From: Muribaculaceae bacterium | Lineage (GTDB): Bacteria > Bacteroidota > Bacteroidia > Bacteroidales > Muribaculaceae | Reading direction: 5' to 3' | DNA: 64,000 nt | Assembly (NCBI GenBank): GCA_014867205.1 | Contig: WGUO01000019.1 | Coordinates: 6,239-70,238, forward strand | Shown: positions 20,119 through 29,522 of the stretch, piece by piece | Position numbering within the stretch: position 1 is the stretch's first letter | Layout: each line of letters starts with the position of its first letter | Notes under the pieces: generated by a model | The model's database searches: none | What the model was told of the DNA's origin: nothing | Seen by the model: only the letters and a program-made list of their open reading frames with translations | Position numbers and translations under genes: made by a program

Positions 20119-20541
20119 ATGCGTATTCTTAAGGATTCCAACAAAAAGTATTGCTTCATCATGGACATGGATGTCCGTGATTATGAGCTCGACTGCGAGC
20201 AGATAGTCAACAACGCCAATTACCTGCACTACATGGAGCACACCCGGCATAAATTCTGTAAGGACGCCGGACTGTCGTTCATCGAGATGCACAATCAGGG
20301 CATAGATGCCGTGGTGCGCAAGATAGAGATTGAATACAAGACGTCGCTGCGCGGCGGAGACAGTTTTTTGAGTTGCCTCCGTCTCGAGCGCAAGGGCCCG
20401 CGTTTCATATTCCATCAGGATATTGTCAAGTCTAATGGAGATGTCTGTGCTGAGGGAATTGTCACAGTCGTCGTGCTGAAGGATGGAAAACTGACGCGAG
20501 GTGATGAACTGGCTGCCGTATTCAGCAGATATATAAAATAA
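20119..20541 (+). CDS. Acyl-CoA thioesterase (4HBT/YbgC family)
   Basis: Motif VRDYELDCEQIVNNANYLHYMEHTR. Start moved to ATG 20119. Confidence 0.88.
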   Translation: MRILKDSNKKYCFIMDMDVRDYELDCEQIVNNANYLHYMEHTRHKFCKDAGLSFIEMHNQGIDAVVRKIEIEYKTSLRGGDSFLSCLRLERKGPRFIFHQDIVKSNGDVCAEGIVTVVVLKDGKLTRGDELAAVFSRYIK

Positions 20542-20562
20542 TACCCGCTAAATCAGTATAGG

Positions 20563-21684
20563 ATGGATACGGAACTGACATACAGGATCGCAGTGTCGAT
20601 GACTCCTGGCGTGACTGCCGATATGGTCAGGCATATGGAGACCGAGGGGGTCGAGACCGGCATGTTTGTGACGGGTCATATGTCAGAACTCGGCAGTAAA
20701 CTTGGGGAAACATTCCGTATCCCCGATAGTGTGCGAACAGAGGCATTGTTTCGTGCGCGTCGGGAAGTAGAGTTTATATCACGCCACTCGATGAGGGCCA
20801 TTTATCTCACCGATGAGGCCTATCCGCCACTACTGCGCGAGATTCCCGACGCGCCGGTGCTAATTTACGTCCTGGGTGAAGCAGACCTTAACACCCAGCC
20901 CTCGCTCAATGTTGTCGGCACGCGGAAATGCACTACATACGGCATTTCGTTTTGCGAGCGTATGGTTGGGGAACTTGCAGGCTACATACCGCAGGCGATG
21001 GTTGTCAGCGGCCTTGCATACGGCATTGACGCAGCCGGCCACACTGCGGCTCTTGATCACGGCCTTTTGACCTCGGCAGTTGTGGCACATGGCCTCGACA
21101 TGATTTATCCGGCCCCAAATAGAGATCTGGCACGTAGGATAATAGCATCCGGAGGTGCGATAATTTCGGAATATCCGACGGGAGTAAAGCCATTTCGCAA
21201 TAATTTTCTGCAGCGAAACAGGATTATTGCCGGCCTATGCGAAATGACATTCGTAGTAGAGTCAGAAGTGCGCGGGGGAGCAATGAGTACCGCCAACCAG
21301 GCCTTCTCCTATTCGCGCGAGGTAATGGCACTCCCCGGACGAAGCACGGATATCAAAAGTTCGGGATGCAACATGCTTATTGCGCGTCAGAAGGCAAGTA
21401 TATTCACCTCGGTGCCTGACATGATATCGCTGATGGGATGGAAGATTCCGGCTCTTGACATAGGTCTCGGCAATCTCGGACCCGACAGGCGCCTCTTTCC
21501 TGAACTTGAGGGTGATGCGGGTATAGTCTATCAGTATATGCGCACTGCGTCAGCACCGGTCTCTGTCGACGAGATACACATGGCGACATCGCTTCCGATG
21601 CCGTCGCTCATGGCCGCGCTCTCAGACCTCGAGTTCGAGGGGGTTGCGGTGAAACTTCCCGGTGCCCGCTACGAACTTTGCTGA
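20563..21684 (+). CDS. dprA: DNA-processing protein DprA
   Basis: Motifs VVGTRKCT, VSGLAYGID, FLQRNRIIAGL and ALPGR, plus a C-terminal winged helix. Confidence 0.95.
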   Translation: MDTELTYRIAVSMTPGVTADMVRHMETEGVETGMFVTGHMSELGSKLGETFRIPDSVRTEALFRARREVEFISRHSMRAIYLTDEAYPPLLREIPDAPVLIYVLGEADLNTQPSLNVVGTRKCTTYGISFCERMVGELAGYIPQAMVVSGLAYGIDAAGHTAALDHGLLTSAVVAHGLDMIYPAPNRDLARRIIASGGAIISEYPTGVKPFRNNFLQRNRIIAGLCEMTFVVESEVRGGAMSTANQAFSYSREVMALPGRSTDIKSSGCNMLIARQKASIFTSVPDMISLMGWKIPALDIGLGNLGPDRRLFPELEGDAGIVYQYMRTASAPVSVDEIHMATSLPMPSLMAALSDLEFEGVAVKLPGARYELC

Positions 21685-21791
21685 TTATTCATGCCCCGCA
21701 TGCAATACGGTCCTGTTTTTTTGTTATTATAGTATATCATTCTCATTAATGGGGCAGTTCATGCTCCGTCAACCTCTAAATTATTTTTACC

Positions 21792-22676
21792 ATGAATGAA
21801 GAACGAGTAATACCGGCATCCGAACTTATCATAAATGATGATGGCTCGGCGTTTCATATTCACCTGCGCCCCGAGCAGGTCTACGACAATGTGATATTCG
21901 TGGGAGATCCTGGACGTGTAGACATGGTGGCCTCCATGTTCGATTCAATCGACTACAATGTCTCTTCGCGTGAATTCCACACAATAGGAGGAAGATATAA
22001 GGGAACACCAGTAATGGTCATCTCGCACGGAATCGGACCCGACAACATCGAGATAGTCTTGACAGAACTTGATGCCCTCGTGAATGTCGACTTTAAGACA
22101 AGAAAGGTCCGTAAGGAACACCGAACCCTAAACATAGTTCGTATCGGAACGTCAGGCTCGCTGCAGGAAGACCTCCACATCGGCGACTATGTGATCGCCG
22201 AGAAGGGGATGGGCTTTGACGGCATACTCAATTTCTATGCTGACCGCGACAAGGTGTGCGACCTTGAGTTTGAGCGCGAGTTCTGCGAGCATACCGATTG
22301 GAACAGGACATGGGCGGCTCCCTACACTGCTGACGCTGATCCGGAGCTTGTCGAGCGCATCGGACGCGACGATATGGTGCGTGGCTATACAATAGCCGCT
22401 GTCGGCTTCTATGCGCCACAGGGACGTCAGGTGAGGCTTGCCCTCGCGGATCCTCACCTCAACGAAAAAATAGAGAGTTTCCGTTATAATGGCCGTCCCA
22501 TCACCAACTTCGAGATGGAGTCGGCATGCCTGCAGGGTCTGTCGCGGCTTTTGGGCCACAAGGCAATGACTGTTTGCTGCATCATTGCCGATCGCCGTGC
22601 CAACAACGCCAACACCGACTATAAGCCGCGTGTCAGGGAACTTGTCAGGACAGTCCTCGAGAGAATGATTGGTTAG
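21792..22676 (+). CDS. Nucleoside phosphorylase (uridine phosphorylase-like, PNP_UDP_1)
   Basis: Motifs VGDPGRV, SHGIGPDN, RIGTSG, GFYAPQGR and NFEMES. Confidence 0.9.
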   Translation: MNEERVIPASELIINDDGSAFHIHLRPEQVYDNVIFVGDPGRVDMVASMFDSIDYNVSSREFHTIGGRYKGTPVMVISHGIGPDNIEIVLTELDALVNVDFKTRKVRKEHRTLNIVRIGTSGSLQEDLHIGDYVIAEKGMGFDGILNFYADRDKVCDLEFEREFCEHTDWNRTWAAPYTADADPELVERIGRDDMVRGYTIAAVGFYAPQGRQVRLALADPHLNEKIESFRYNGRPITNFEMESACLQGLSRLLGHKAMTVCCIIADRRANNANTDYKPRVRELVRTVLERMIG

Positions 22677-22737
22677 GTGTTAGGGGATTAGGGGGTTAGG
22701 TGTTAGGTGTTAGGTGTTAGGGGAGAGGGATTAGGTA
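22673..22737 (+). repeat. G-rich imperfect 7-8-bp tandem repeat, eight TTAGG-cored units
   Basis: TTAGG at 22673, 22680, 22688, 22696, 22703, 22710, 22717 and 22731. Confidence 0.85.
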
Positions 22738-22754
22738 TTAAGAGTATTGACAAT

Positions 22755-22789
22755 AAAAAGGCCCGGACTGGTCGATCAGTCCGGGCCTT
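22755..22789 (-). terminator. Intrinsic terminator of the amylase gene
   Basis: 13-bp stem aaggcccggactg/cagtccgggcctt, with a U tract on the minus strand. Confidence 0.8.
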
Positions 22790-22814
22790 GCCGTTTACGT
22801 TTATATGAATTATG

Positions 22815-25800
22815 TTATCTTACGACTTCCTTTGTCACCTTGTTGCCACGGCGAACGATATAGATGCCGTTCGAGGGGTTCATGACGCGAACACCCTGCA
22901 GGTTGTAATACTCGGGGGTCGCGTTGGTGTCGGTGACGATTGTCTCAACAGCAGTATTAGTGCTCATCTTGCCGATGCGGGCGGGAGCATAGGTGATGAT
23001 GTCCTCGTCTTCCTTCTCCTTCGATGTGTTGTCTCCGTATGAGTATTCCTCCTTGACATTGTCGAAATAAGAGGGATCATAGGGAGTGCCACCTACGGGG
23101 CTTGTGCCGTATTTGTCGCAATACATCACGCCGATACCGTTGCTTGCGATATAGTCTGCGGTTACACCGAGAACCGACAGAGGAATCTCGAACTCATAGA
23201 ATGTGTGTGCGGTATCGTCAATCTCGCCGCGGAGGTCAACAAAACCGTCATTGCCCTTGAGGTCCTCGGGATCGCTGCCGAAGGGGAGACCCCAGATCTT
23301 AGTGATCGAGGGGAGAAGACCGTCTGTGTATCCGTAGAAGCCTGCTGGGAGACCCTTGCAGTATGCGGCATCATATGATGCGTTGCCGTCGGGCGTCGGG
23401 ATGAATAAACCGGGAGTGCCTGTGCCTGGCTTGGTTGAGCACATCAGGACAGCGTCAACTCCATTGTTGAACTTGGCGCCTTTCTGCTTCTCGTTCCAGA
23501 TGGGGCCAGTGCCGTCGATATATCCGGTGAAGCTCTTGTCGGGGTCGAGGTCGAATGCCCACATCATGTGTCCGTCCATATTGTAAGGCTTTGACTCCCC
23601 GGGCTGCTTACCCTCACCGTAGAGATCCCATACAGTGTATACGAACTGCACGCCGAGGTAGAGGTTGTCATTGTCATAAGCCGCATAGAGGGCATAGGAG
23701 TCAACGATTGGACGCTCGTGGAGACCCTTGTAGGCCTGAGCTACATCCCGGGCAACACCCTGTGCGATAAGTTCGTCCTCTGTCCAGTTGCTGAGGGCTG
23801 AGGTTGCGGGGTGACCGCTCATGCTGATGGTCTTGCGAGAACCTACCTTGCCGTCAGGATTAACCTTGTAGTAGTCGGTGATGAGGTTGTTGGTAGGCTG
23901 CGGGTCGGGATTGACACCCCTCTTGCTGTAGGTGAATGTCTGAACATTGCTTGCGCCCTCAGATGTCACTGCATATGTCTTGAGAGTAGTGGTCTCGGTG
24001 AATGTCAGGGCAGAAGTATACTTCGACGACGATGCATCGGGAGTTGAGCCGTTGACAGTATAGTAGATTGTTGCTGCGGGAGCGACAGTCAGTGTAACAG
24101 TCACGCTCTCGTCAAAACGAGTGCCCGATGCGGGGCTGGCCGTCACCACAGGTTTCTGGGGGTCATCGCCGTGGTTGCTGTATACACCGCCGTCGGTTAC
24201 CTCTCCCTTGCCGCCTTTACCCTTGTAGATATGGTTGGCGATGGGCGCATGCTTATAGTCGGCAGTCTGGTCGCCGGAGTTATTGTGGAAGAGGAAGCCC
24301 TCAACAGTTGACGGATTCTCAGTGAAAGTATACTTCCAGACATTTCCCTCTACCTTGGTCATGCTTACGCCGGGCCAGTCGGTATGGGGATTGCTCCAGT
24401 AGTGGATATTTACAGCAGACCAGTTTGACTCCGAGTTGTCATAATAGATAGTGAAGTCACCGGGATTGGGATCCGGGTTGGGATCGGGATTGGGATTCGG
24501 GTTAGAGCCGCCTGCGACACCGAGTTTAGTGCCCGAGCAGTCATATACGCCGCTCTTCACGTACTGTAGGTCTCCGGTCTTGCCGTTGTCGCTGCCGGGG
24601 TTAAAGATGAGCTGTGTAGGCTCACCCTTGCCAGCGGGTATCTCCCATTTCCAGTAGTCACCGCTGCGAGTCATCTGGTCACCGGGCCAGGTGCCGCTTG
24701 CTGTGGAGTTGCCGCCGTCAGACCAAGCCCATACGTAAGGCTGACTCCAATTTGAGGTGTTCTTCAGATAGACACCGTTGATCTGGGGGAGTGAAGAGAA
24801 GTCATCGGGATTAGGGTTTGGATTGGGGTCCGGGTCCGGATTAGGATTGGGGTTGGGATCCGGGCCTACACCCTCTTTCACGAGGACTGCAATACCGCTT
24901 GAGCCTACGTTACCGCTGATGGTGGTTGCCGTCACGGTAAATGTGCCGCCGCTCACGCGGTCGGTATATGTGCCTGCGGGGCAGTATCCGCCGCCATTGA
25001 CAACCGACACATTGCCGCTGCCCTTGGAAACGATGACAGCACCGCCATCCTTGCGGGTCACTGTGAATGTGTTGCCTGCGGCCTCGCACCAGTCAGCCCG
25101 GCCTGTCATCAGGTTGCGGAACTTGTTGACCTCTGCGATGTGTTTGTTCTTGAACGCAGTGGAGCCTTTGCCTACCTTGATATTGTTGAAGCCCTTGGCA
25201 TTGGGACGAGCCAGATAGAGGGCCGTGGCGCCGTTGCGGCATGCATATGATGCGTAAGCACGGTCGATGACGCTCTGGTCAACATTCTGCGACCACTCGT
25301 CGTTTGCATAAGTATCGTGGCTTTCGCCCCAATATACCACCTTGGTATCTGAAAGTCCCTGGTTTACAACCCAGTCACCGCCATATCCGCCTGGGATACC
25401 GCCGTTCTCACGGGCAGCGCCATTGGAATATCTGTTATCTGTGACTGACATATACTGTGCGTACTCCTTGATGATGCCGGCGTTGGGACCGGGAGCATCG
25501 AGAATCTCGCCATAGTGATACATGCCGGGAACAGAAGTGACTGAACTCCAGAAGTTGCAGCCCTCCGAGGGGAGGCCGATGTGCTTTGCCGCATCCCAAC
25601 GGCATCCCTTGACGCCGAGAGACTAGAGTTTCTCAACATATGCCTTGCCGCGATCGCACACCTCCTGAAGTTCGGAGTTTATGTCTCCGTAGTCGCCGAG
25701 CTGGCCGTGGGTGATCGAATTTCTGTTGCCGTAGTCAATACCGCCTTCCCAGCGAACGCGGCCGTTCGAATCCCACCAGGTGTCGTGGTAGCCGTTTGTC

Positions 25801-26180
25801 TTGTCGACATGGTTTGCAACGACGTCGACTATAACCTTGATGCCATACTTCTCTGCTTCCTGACAGAGAGCCTTGAGGTCATCCTCGCTACCCATGAAAG
25901 ATGAGGCCTTGAACGCCATGTCATAGGGACGATAGAGGGCGTGCCATCCTTCTCCGGCACGAATGTCTGCACGCTGCAGGGGTGATAACTGAACGGAACC
26001 GAAACCGGCGGCCGCAATGTTGGGGAGTTCCTCCTTCACCTGGTTGATCGACCAGTTGAAGCAATGCAGGATATTCCCCTCCTGGATGCCTGAGGGTAGA
26101 CCGTAGTCCTCTCCCCAGACTGTTCCGCACATGCATGCAGAGAGCAGTAGTGCGAAAACACTTCTTTTGAAGAATTTCAT
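22815..26180 (-). pseudogene. Multimodular secreted GH13 alpha-amylase (GH13 + 2x CBM26-like + CHB_HEX_C/Fn3-associated + CBM74-like + T9SS-type tail), interrupted by an in-frame TAG at 25623-25625
   Basis: ORFs 25623..26180 and 22815..25523 share a frame. The 33 codons between them read *SLGVKGCRWDAAKHIGLP..., which is GH13 region II. Other GH13 motifs are ILHCFNW, DVVANH, YGEIL and ESHDTY. Confidence 0.85.
24456..24866 (-). repeat. Two Pro-Asn/Asp dipeptide linker repeats within the amylase
   Basis: PDPNPNPNPDPDPNPNPNPD (~24803-24866) and NPNPNPDPNPDPNPG (~24456-24503), with synonymous variation between units. Confidence 0.85.
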
Positions 26181-26339
26181 GATTGGTTAATAAAATATGT
26201 GATTGTAAAGTTTTTTGTCCCGAAAAGCTGATTTGAAGGTTAATTATGGTGGTTATATAACGGCAAAAATCAGATACCGGATTCATTCGTTGCAGAATAT
26301 GCCTGGTCCATTGTAATTTCTACCTTCTATCCACGATTG

Positions 26340-26367
26340 CAAAATTAATACAAATTATCATAATTTG
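26340..26367 (-). promoter_or_regulatory. Amylase -7 box with an adjacent perfect palindrome
   Basis: TAATTTTG on the minus strand (26340-26347) and caaattat-c-ataatttg (26351-26367). Confidence 0.5.
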
Positions 26368-26507
26368 CAAATTTTTAAAAATGGGAAATTGACAATGATT
26401 CTTGGAAAATTTTCTTGGTAATAATATGGAACTCGCGCATTTTGCAGTATTACTGATGATAATCTATGGTGTTCTGATTGTTATATAGTCAGCAAAAGGT
26501 AATGAAT

Positions 26508-27290
26508 ATGAAAAGAGTAATAATAATGGGTGCCTCATCGGGCATCGGATTGCGTGTAGCCGAGGAACTTGCATCGCGCGGAATAAAGGTCGGTATGGCC
26601 GCCCGTCATACCAATGCAATGCGTGAACTGAAAGAGAAGTATCCGGATATGGTGGAATATGCTTCAATTGACGTGACGCACGCCAATGCGCCTGAGTTGC
26701 TTGATAAGCTGATAGATAAGACCGGAGGCATGGACATATATTTTCATGTCTCGGGCATCGGTTACGAGAACCTGACCCTTGACCCCCAGCGTGAGGTAGA
26801 CATTATAGCGACGAACGCCGGCGGTTTTGCACGTATGCTCTGTGCGGCCTACCGCTGGTTTCGCGACAATGGGAAACGTGGACAGATCGCAGCCGTGACG
26901 AGTGTGGCCGGCACAAACGGCATCGGTCGTCTGTCTGCCTATTCTGCCTCTAAGAAATGCGCCCAGACGTATATGGTGGCCCTTGAGCAGCTCGCGAATG
27001 AAGAAAAGGCGGATATCGTCTTTACCGATATCCGCCCCGGATGGGTCAGAACTCCTCTTCTCGTACCCGGACTGAGTTATCCGATGGAGATGGATCTTGA
27101 CTATGCAGTGCCGCAGATCATCAAGGCGATAGTGCGCAAGCGGCGTGTAGCCGTGATTGACTGGCGGTGGAATCTGGTTGTCGGCCTGTGGCGACTCATA
27201 CCCGACAGTGTGTGGACCCGTATGAACATTGAGATTTCGCGCCCGGATGCTCCGCTTCCTGCACCTCCTCAGGCAATCAAGCCATCTTAG
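26508..27290 (+). CDS. SDR family oxidoreductase
   Basis: Motifs MGASSGIG, YSASK and DIRPGWVRT. Start is 26502 or 26508. Confidence 0.9.
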   Translation: MKRVIIMGASSGIGLRVAEELASRGIKVGMAARHTNAMRELKEKYPDMVEYASIDVTHANAPELLDKLIDKTGGMDIYFHVSGIGYENLTLDPQREVDIIATNAGGFARMLCAAYRWFRDNGKRGQIAAVTSVAGTNGIGRLSAYSASKKCAQTYMVALEQLANEEKADIVFTDIRPGWVRTPLLVPGLSYPMEMDLDYAVPQIIKAIVRKRRVAVIDWRWNLVVGLWRLIPDSVWTRMNIEISRPDAPLPAPPQAIKPS

Positions 27291-27336
27291 GTCTCCAAAC
27301 TCTGAATTCGTCACTCATAACTCTTGCTTATGAGCT

Positions 27337-27687
27337 CTATCCCCTCACATAGTGCGGCATCTCGTCGGGGATGACCATCGAGATCTCCACCATGCCGGCT
27401 ATTGTGCCGTTCTGTCTCCAGGGGGTCTGGTAGATCATCTTGCGCTGTCCGTTCTTACTGATGGTGTAGGAATTGCTCTCTCCTGTGTCAAGCATGTGTC
27501 GAATCTTGTCGATTGATGCCTGAGAATGACATTCGAAGAGATTCTTGCCGATAAGGTCGCCGTGGCTTGCAAAAGTAGCGCGCGACCTCTCGTTCATGTA
27601 AAGAATGGTGCCGTTGGCGTCGCAGACCGTGACTGCGCAGTTCATCTGCTCGGCCCAGGGGAATTCGTCATTGATTGTCTCAATCAT
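27337..27687 (-). CDS. Stand-alone PAS domain protein
   Basis: PAS pattern AVTVCDANGTILYMNE...LIGKNLFECH. Confidence 0.8.
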   Translation of the reverse strand: MIETINDEFPWAEQMNCAVTVCDANGTILYMNERSRATFASHGDLIGKNLFECHSQASIDKIRHMLDTGESNSYTISKNGQRKMIYQTPWRQNGTIAGMVEISMVIPDEMPHYVRG

Positions 27688-27713
27688 TTTCCTTATGATT
27701 TGGTTGGGTTGTC

Positions 27714-28226
27714 TCAGTCTTTTTTATTTTTGAGTTGTTCGTTCATGCGCTCGAGCATCTCGACTGCGCTTCCTGTGGTCCGCGGACTCTTGTCGAAATC
27801 AATCTTGACTTTCTGAGAGTTTTTGTCGAAAGTCAGAGAGTAGATGCTGTCGACCGTAATGACTACAGGCGAGCCCTTAGTATCCGCGCTGCGGTAGATT
27901 CCGCTGTCTCCCTTCTCAAACGGGCGATCGAGCACGATGCTGTAATTTATCTTAGCGCGGTTGCCGTTTTCATAGACATAGAGAGCGGAGCGCTCAGGAC
28001 TGAGTGCCACGATGACGCGACCGTCAAATTTTCCCTCGCGTTCATTCGCGCCTGTGATTTGATATGCCGACGCGTCATAGATGCCGCTCTCAACGGGCTG
28101 GTTCTCGGCAAAGGCTGCATTCTCGGCAGCTGATTCCGAAGTCTTGTCGCCGGAGCCTTTCGAGCCGCAGGCGCAGAAGATCGTGAGTGCGGCTACTGCG
28201 AGTCCGCTGATAAAGGTTTTCTTCAT
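27714..28226 (-). CDS. Hypothetical lipoprotein
   Basis: Lipobox-like signal MKKTFISGLAVAALTIFCAC; -7 box TATATTTG at 28312-28319. Confidence 0.75.
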   Translation of the reverse strand: MKKTFISGLAVAALTIFCACGSKGSGDKTSESAAENAAFAENQPVESGIYDASAYQITGANEREGKFDGRVIVALSPERSALYVYENGNRAKINYSIVLDRPFEKGDSGIYRSADTKGSPVVITVDSIYSLTFDKNSQKVKIDFDKSPRTTGSAVEMLERMNEQLKNKKD

Positions 28227-28506
28227 AAGCCAAAATATTTAATTGATTTTCTTGGTTATTCACATGCCTCCCCCTGACGTTGACTATAAGCAGCGAATCG
28301 GGAATGGTTTGCAAATATAACTAAAAAGCATGATACCCCGAAATCTGATTTAAGATCCGGTTCGTGTCATGCCTGAAGGCAATGGGTGGTCACGTAAGTA
28401 AAGATCAGGAGAGGAGTACCCCCCTCGCCGCAGGGGTGTGTGCGGTTTCATGTGAACCTGCCTTTCACAAGGATCAGCACACTTGGGACAATCGTCAAAA
28501 TATAAT

Positions 28507-28533
28507 AAAAGCCTGCGCGTGGGGGCGCAGGCT
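28507..28533 (-). terminator. Intrinsic terminator after the SPFH gene
   Basis: Stem agcctgcgc/gcgcaggct, followed by TTTT on the minus strand. Confidence 0.75.
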
Positions 28534-28553
28534 GCCTTATGAGTCAGATTATG

Positions 28554-29483
28554 CTATACATTGGCGTTGAGGGTGGGAGTGAGGGGCTCGTCGGCGCACA
28601 ACACTGCGAGAAGGTTGCCGACCATCGAGGCTTTCTGCTCGTTGGTCAGTTTCACGACCTGTTTCTCGTCAAGTGTGCGTAAGGCCATGTCGACCATCGA
28701 TACCGCACCCTCCACTATTTTCTCTCTTGCGGTTATTATGGCTGATGCCTGTTGACGGCGCAGCATGACAGCGGCAATCTCCGGAGCATAGGCAAGATAG
28801 TTGATGCGCGCCTCGACAACCTCGATTCCAGCCATGGCGAGACGTTCGTTGATTTTCTTCTCAAGCAGCTCGCTGATCTGGCTGCCGCTGTCGCGAAGAG
28901 TAAGTTCATCAGAATCGTTGATGTCCGTGTTGTCGTATGCGAAATGTCCCGTCACCTCGCGCAGGGCCGCGTCGCTCTGAATGCGCACGAAGTTAGAAAG
29001 TGCGGTGTTGTTGATGCCTCCCTGTGCACCGAGACTCTGGGAGTCAAGATCAAACACTACCTTATACGTGTCCTTGATCTTCCAGACCAGCACCATGCCG
29101 ATGAGGACCGGGTTGCCGATCTTGTCGTTAACCTTGATGGGGTCAATATCCATGTTGCGGATGCGCAGGGAAAGCTTCTTACGGCTCAGAAAGGGATTGA
29201 CCCAATAATATCCCACCTTCTTGCATGTCCCCTTGTACTTGCCGAAGAAGATCATCACACGCGCCACATTAGGCTCCTGTGTGAAGTAGCCTACGCAGCC
29301 GAGCACGAAAAGAATGAAAAGAGGAACAGTAAGTCCCACGGAAATGCCCGGATTCTCCTCTCCGCCATAGACAATCGCCAGAATCATCAATGCCGGAATC
29401 AGGATAAACGTAAAGAAAATCATCAGAAAACCGTTGATGCATAGTCCCCGGTATTCATACTCTCGGTCAGTAGCGTTGTCCAT
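28554..29483 (-). CDS. SPFH (band 7) domain membrane protein
   Basis: Motifs KVNDKIGNPV, LAYAPEIAAVMLRRQQA and IVEGAVSMV. Confidence 0.92.
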   Translation of the reverse strand: MDNATDREYEYRGLCINGFLMIFFTFILIPALMILAIVYGGEENPGISVGLTVPLFILFVLGCVGYFTQEPNVARVMIFFGKYKGTCKKVGYYWVNPFLSRKKLSLRIRNMDIDPIKVNDKIGNPVLIGMVLVWKIKDTYKVVFDLDSQSLGAQGGINNTALSNFVRIQSDAALREVTGHFAYDNTDINDSDELTLRDSGSQISELLEKKINERLAMAGIEVVEARINYLAYAPEIAAVMLRRQQASAIITAREKIVEGAVSMVDMALRTLDEKQVVKLTNEQKASMVGNLLAVLCADEPLTPTLNANV

Positions 29484-29522
29484 ATTCGTAAATTTTTAGT
29501 GAATTGTCGTAATATGTAGATC

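Noticed and set aside
22673..24866. CRISPR-like or phase-variable interpretation of the repeats
   Set aside because: There are no unique spacers or cas genes. The PN/PD repeats are in-frame, codon-varied linkers.
25623..25625. Genome-wide TAG recoding or pyrrolysine as the explanation for the amylase stop
   Set aside because: TAG terminates several full-length genes in this window and no pyl genes are visible.
28364..28570. 68-aa plus-strand ORF and a 33-codon minus-strand ORF in the SPFH-lipoprotein gap, considered as a small protein or toxin
   Set aside because: Neither has a hydrophobic helix or motif, and the plus-strand ORF runs through a terminator.
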